The notes under the pieces were generated by a model. The model was not told where the DNA came from. It did not search any database and was given only the letters and a program-made list of their open reading frames with translations. DNA of 64,000 bases, from the NCBI RefSeq assembly GCF_022539665.2, contig NC_081334.1, positions 496,001 to 560,000 of the forward strand, read 5' to 3'. Positions 59,301 to 64,000 of this stretch are shown piece by piece; the stretch's first letter is position 1; every line of letters starts with the position of its first letter. The stretch is from Daphnia carinata. Lineage: Eukaryota. A program made the position numbers and the translations under genes.

Positions 59301-61998
59301 GTGATTTTGAATTTTTACACAAAGGCAACTAACCGAGAATAACAATCCTGGCTTTGCCAGCATGGTCCTGGTCACGGACTTGATTGGCAGCTTGAATAGC
59401 CTTCAAGCGTTCTATCTTTTTGCTGCCATTGCCCATATACACGTAAATGACCTTTCCAGCGTCCAAAACGAAGCAGTCACCTTTGTTCATTGAAGACACA
59501 TCAAGGGGGACCTGCAGGAATTTCGATTCATTTCCTGTTTGAATATTCAACGGATACTGCCAGGGCAAAATTTACCTGTCGGATGCGAACGTTTCGCTTG
59601 CCCTTGACTTGCAACAATTTTTTCTCTACCTGATCGGGATCAACGTGCTTGAACCCGCTGGCAACTCCGCCATCAAGGTAGCGAACACCTTCACATCATG
59701 ATATTTTAATGAATTATTACATTTCACAGCCCTTTAAAAGGAAAAAGATCAGCAGTCAGTTACCTCCAGGGAAATTTGCTAGAAACATCGACGATTCATA
59801 TTCTTGAACTTCCCGATGTTGAACAGGAACTCCACCAAGATGGTCGTCTAACTCAACAGCGAAGATTGCCGCTGCTCCCATTTCATCCTATAATCAATCA
59901 CATTTTAATGCTTCAGTTGAAACGGTCAGACAGTGACTGATCGAGATGGTATTGCTAACGCTGAAAGAGCTTTATTGTTATAAATAATACCGATTTTCTT
60001 TCTGTCAAAGGGAACCAGTGGCAAATTCCATGCATTTTCAATAACAAACCTGCGACGTGTCTTTCCCCAGCCAAAAATGGATGTCCCATTTCAATTTGTC
60101 TCCGGATAGGCGGGTCTGTAAAAGTTAATTATCATTAATATTATTTCCTTGCAGACGCTGTGCTTCCAAAAATACTCACGTTCAGAACAATGTAAGAATC
60201 TCCACTGTAGAATTTCCCGTACGATTTTTTGTCGTATAGAACTGGTGCGAAATTCTGTAATGATATGTGGATCGAAATTAGAAATTGCGACACATATGCG
60301 TCACATTGGTCACCAAAGCTATATTAACATTTTTCGAATAAATATTTTCCATTTTGAAAGGAACGTGACTACGCTTTTAAGATACCTCAGCCGAGTCGAA
60401 TTCTTTAATATTGTAAATGAATTTGATATATATATTGTCGTAAAATTGACTTGGGAACAATTTTTGCCATTAGAAGAATCTCTTTTTGAGCTACTATAAT
60501 TAGATTAGTTGGTTAGAATTCTAAGAAAACCTAACTGGTTCAATATCTAACTTTTTTTTATCGCCAATGCGGTTTATGATCGACATTTTCCTCCTGGGGT
60601 AATGTATACTGTCGCGTTTGTTTTTTATTGTGATTCCGTCGATGTAAACCGTAATTTCGTCATGACCGTATTTTTAGTTCTATTGTAGTTTTCTTTTTTT
60701 TTTTTTTTTTTTTTTTTTTTTGGTAACGGGGTTTCTCCAAAATGCTTCAAGAATAGTTTATTTGCTCCACTTTATCTGGTCGGGTGCTTCCGGCATGAAT
60801 CAAACACTCCCTGGAAATTATTCTGACGATGCCGAAATATCAATGACGTTTATGCTTCACGGCCAAAACTTGCATCATCCCGATACTGTCCACTAAAGCA
60901 TACAGTTGGGGATGAAGAAACCGGATGCAACGTGTGGTGACTATACCAATTGATCATCCTTCCCCATGCCCGGGGCTACGTGACGAAGTACTCGGAGTTA
61001 ATCACCTGCGGGCATGTACAGGAAAGAACCGTTTGGCCATAGAGGTGCCATGGGAAAAAGAATAACTTCCTACGAGATGGGATTTTGCGTAATGTTAACC
61101 ACGTTATCGTTTGGTCCTCCCAGTTGCCAGTTTCTAAAACAGTCATGGAATCGTCAGCGAATGTATCAGCTGGATGACAACGCCATTGTGCCCTTGTTTT
61201 GAAAAACATGCGTCAGTGGTGCATGAAGTCCTATTCGCAAATCGTGTGGGTGTTAAACAATTCTGCCATGGCCATCTACCACTGCCTCAAGGTGTGCCAG
61301 ACTTGCGCTCATTGTACCGTAACCTGTACACCTGTGTGCTCAACAGCCCATGTTTCCCTATGGAAACGGAATCGCTGCGGGTCATTCTTGAATTCATAAA
61401 ATCAAATGCCAATATGGTAGGATAACATTAGAAAATATTAACAGTAGCATTCCGATATTTTAGCAGGGGAATCAACACCAGTAAATGGCCATCAACATTT
61501 TTTCAATGGTGCATTTTCTGGCAACCGGGACAGGCAAAGACAGACACGTATAACATTTTTCAAAACATATTCTCTTCTTTTTGGCATTTCCGGGAGTTTG
61601 TACAATGTTATTGCTAGAAAGAGCAGCTACTGAGGGGAACTAAAGTTCTAAATTTAGATATTTAGTTCCGTGTTTCGTGTAACGTTTCACAACACTTTTA
61701 CTTTTGAAACTTTGTCAATTTCATGCCAGTATGAACGTTTCTCCAAAATAATGAATTTTCCTTATTTAATGATTGTGTTTGTCTACGCGGCAATTAGAAA
61801 TCCGATTCTGATAATGAAAAACGTGATATGAAAGCACCGCAAGTTTCACATCACAATCGATGCCCCTGTTTATTATTTCTAGGTTTGATGTGAAAATTTC
61901 TTTGAGTCATGGATTGTTTTGCTAATCCTTACCTCGATTCGCCAAATTTCCAGGCCAGGTTGTTTACCCACATCAGCTCCAAATGGTGATTCCGGCAT
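56337..61998 (-). CDS. Gel: Gelsolin, cytoplasmic six-domain form (~751 aa)
   Basis: Exons: 61998-61933, 60254-60180, 60115-60050, 59887-59764, 59688-59576, 59511-59334, 59270-59149, 59083-58985, 58677-58540, 58483-58360, 58292-58051, 57979-57746, 57683-57561, 57496-57251, 57178-57068, 57003-56878, 56405-56337 (sum 2256 nt). Motifs [65 protein letters not shown]. No villin headpiece or LRR and no signal peptide. Confidence 0.93.
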
Positions 61999-62093
61999 TT
62001 TAAATGCGTTTAATAGAGTAGTTTTAAGTTACTTGAACGTTAACGTTGCCGAAAGCCAATAAATCGTGTTCGAATGCGACCTGCCTCGGTAGA

Positions 62094-62131
62094 AACTGAC
62101 TAACAGGAAAGCAGCTGCGTCTGGTTTTATA
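62094..62131 (-). promoter_or_regulatory. Gelsolin core promoter: TATA box plus arthropod initiator
   Basis: Minus strand TATAAAA at 62131-62125 and TCAGTT Inr at 62099-62094 (~30 nt spacing), ~100 nt upstream of the ATG. E-box CAGCTG lies between them. Confidence 0.6.
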
Positions 62132-62462
62132 GGCAGCAACTTCTGGGAAACCCAAACCCTAGCCGCCGCCCCATTGATCGTCATAGAGAGAATGATGGCC
62201 GCACAGATAGGAGTTGGGAGGCCTATGGGAGAAGAAAAGCAAAGTACTGTGAAAGCATCGTTTTAAACAAAGCTTTGCAAAGAAATAAAAAGGAAAAACA
62301 AAAAATTACAAAATCACGTTATACTAGGCAATTGCAAATTGCTGATTGTTTGTGCTATTATTGTCTATTTCAACAGCATTTGGCAACTGCGCCCTTGTAT
62401 TTATTTACATTCAACCTGCACATGTAAGTGGGCGGCGAACATTACAACATAGGAAAACCAAG

Positions 62463-63943
62463 ATGATGTGCAGTACTTTTGAACTGCTTTACAAAATGAT
62501 TGTAAAGATTGTATTTGTATGCATAATTTGCGGCCTAACACACGCCTCTAATAATGGAAACAGTCTTGTAAGTTTATTTGAAATCCTTATTTTGTTATCG
62601 TTAACCGAGACTTCCCCATGTTTTTAGACGGAAAGCCACAGTTTCTCAATTGATTACGCAAATAATCAGTTCGTCAAAGATGGAAAACCCTTTCGATATG
62701 TTTCTGGAGCCATGCACTATTTTCGTGTTCCAGTCCATTATTGGCCTGATCGGATGAAAAAAATGAGGGCTGCTGGATTGAATGCATTGGAAACGTATGG
62801 CTTAATAGCATTAATGTTTCTAGTTTGTCAACAATATGAACTCTGTTTATTACTATTTGCCTACTTGTTTCCTGTTTAGGTATGTGGAATGGGTGTCACA
62901 TGAACCACAACCAGGGTCATATGTGTTTGAGGGGAATTTAGATATTGAATCCTATTTCCGTTTGGCTCAGAATTTCAACCTTAGTGTAATCCTGAGGCCA
63001 GGCCCATTCATTGATGCTGAAAGAGATATGGTAACATGAATTTATGGTTATAAATTTGTAGAATGCTCTTTATTATTTACAGAACACATTATTTGTTTTT
63101 ACCAGGGGGGTTTACCATTCTGGCTCATGACAGTTGATCCTTCCATCAAGTTGCGCACAATGGATAAAAGTAAGAAATTTTTTTTTTTAAAAGTAAAGTA
63201 GCAATAAAGTTTCATCAGATATAGTGAATTGTCAGCCTAGAAAGAAATTCAGGTAACTTTGTACAGTGAAATTTGACTGTAGGTATTGTTACATAATTTA
63301 AGCATACTACCCTCCCCCTTTACTTCTGGTTGCTTCTCTATTCCTTCTTTAATCTATACCAGTTGCTTCAGTTATTGAAAAAAAAAAATAGAAATTGAGT
63401 TTAGAGTATGGCAACAAACCTGCGATCTGTTAGTCTGTTAATGAAAGAAGTGAAGAATCCACGAAATTTTTAACGTAGAGTACCAATATCACCTAAGGTA
63501 GACAGAACCGGCGGTTCTTGTAGAAACATTAATGAAAGCCACATTTATAATACTTTAATTTGATCAGGTTGTAGGCCACTAGCTAACTGTGAACTGGTTT
63601 CTATTGAAAATGGTATGGGACACCAGTTCTATACCATTGCATTAAACGTAATTTCCAGGGATCCTTACGTCATGGTAGGTTGGGCAATTTGAAAAATCTG
63701 CGAATGCATACAGCAAAGATAATAGAACGCTCGATGCAATTAATTAATACTTTGCCAACTAATACTAATAAGTTGTTTCTTGATAGAACACAGCATGAAC
63801 ATTTATTCTTATTTTTAATTAAAAACAGGTTACGTGTCCCGCGTTGAGAAATGGTTTTCTGTGCTACTTCCTAGAATCAAACCTTACCTCTATAACAATG
63901 GAGGTCCAATTATCACTGTTCAAGTAGAAAACGAATATGGTAG
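62463..63943 (+). CDS. Beta-galactosidase (glycoside hydrolase family 35, GLB1-like), 3'-partial
   Basis: Exons: 62463-62567 (hydrophobic signal-like [16 protein letters not shown]; start could also be 62496), 62628-62794, 62880-63030, 63106-63169, 63829-63943. Motifs [70 protein letters not shown] (acid/base Glu). Confidence 0.93.
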
Positions 63944-64000
63944 GTGCGTGTCTTTTATTTACGTTTCCAGAACTACGTCACATAGTTTTTCAGGTAGCTA

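Noticed and set aside
56337..61998. Calling the gelsolin-family gene villin/quail or flightless-I
   Set aside because: No headpiece and no LRR; it ends in a short helical tail.

Overview
Eukaryotic, intron-rich arthropod genomic DNA. The ~60-70 nt short introns and long A/T tracts suggest a Daphnia-like crustacean (inference). Five protein-coding genes could be spliced by hand with consistent GT-AG boundaries and phases. Minus strand: (1) the 5' part of an Ankyrin-2/unc-44-type ankyrin (ANK repeats plus ZU5-ZU5, running off the left edge); (2) a Ret receptor tyrosine kinase, with an apparent 1-nt frameshift just after the kinase domain; (3) a Zasp66-like PDZ/ZM protein; (4) a six-domain gelsolin. 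Plus strand: (5) the 5' part of a GH35 beta-galactosidase, head-to-head with gelsolin. I found no new gene system, mobile element, RNA gene or CRISPR array that I can support. The most interesting signals are in splicing architecture and regulation. Ank2 has several alternative phase-0 first exons, a recursive-splice-site-like AG|GTGAGT with a 36-nt in-frame exon, microexons, and a read-through short isoform. Zasp66 has a PDZ-less start. Gelsolin has a GC-AG intron and a switchable C-terminal tail. A cluster of co-oriented CTCF-like motifs lies around the Ank2/Ret boundary. Most ORFs in the supplied track are homopolymer or microsatellite noise, or antisense shadows of real exons.
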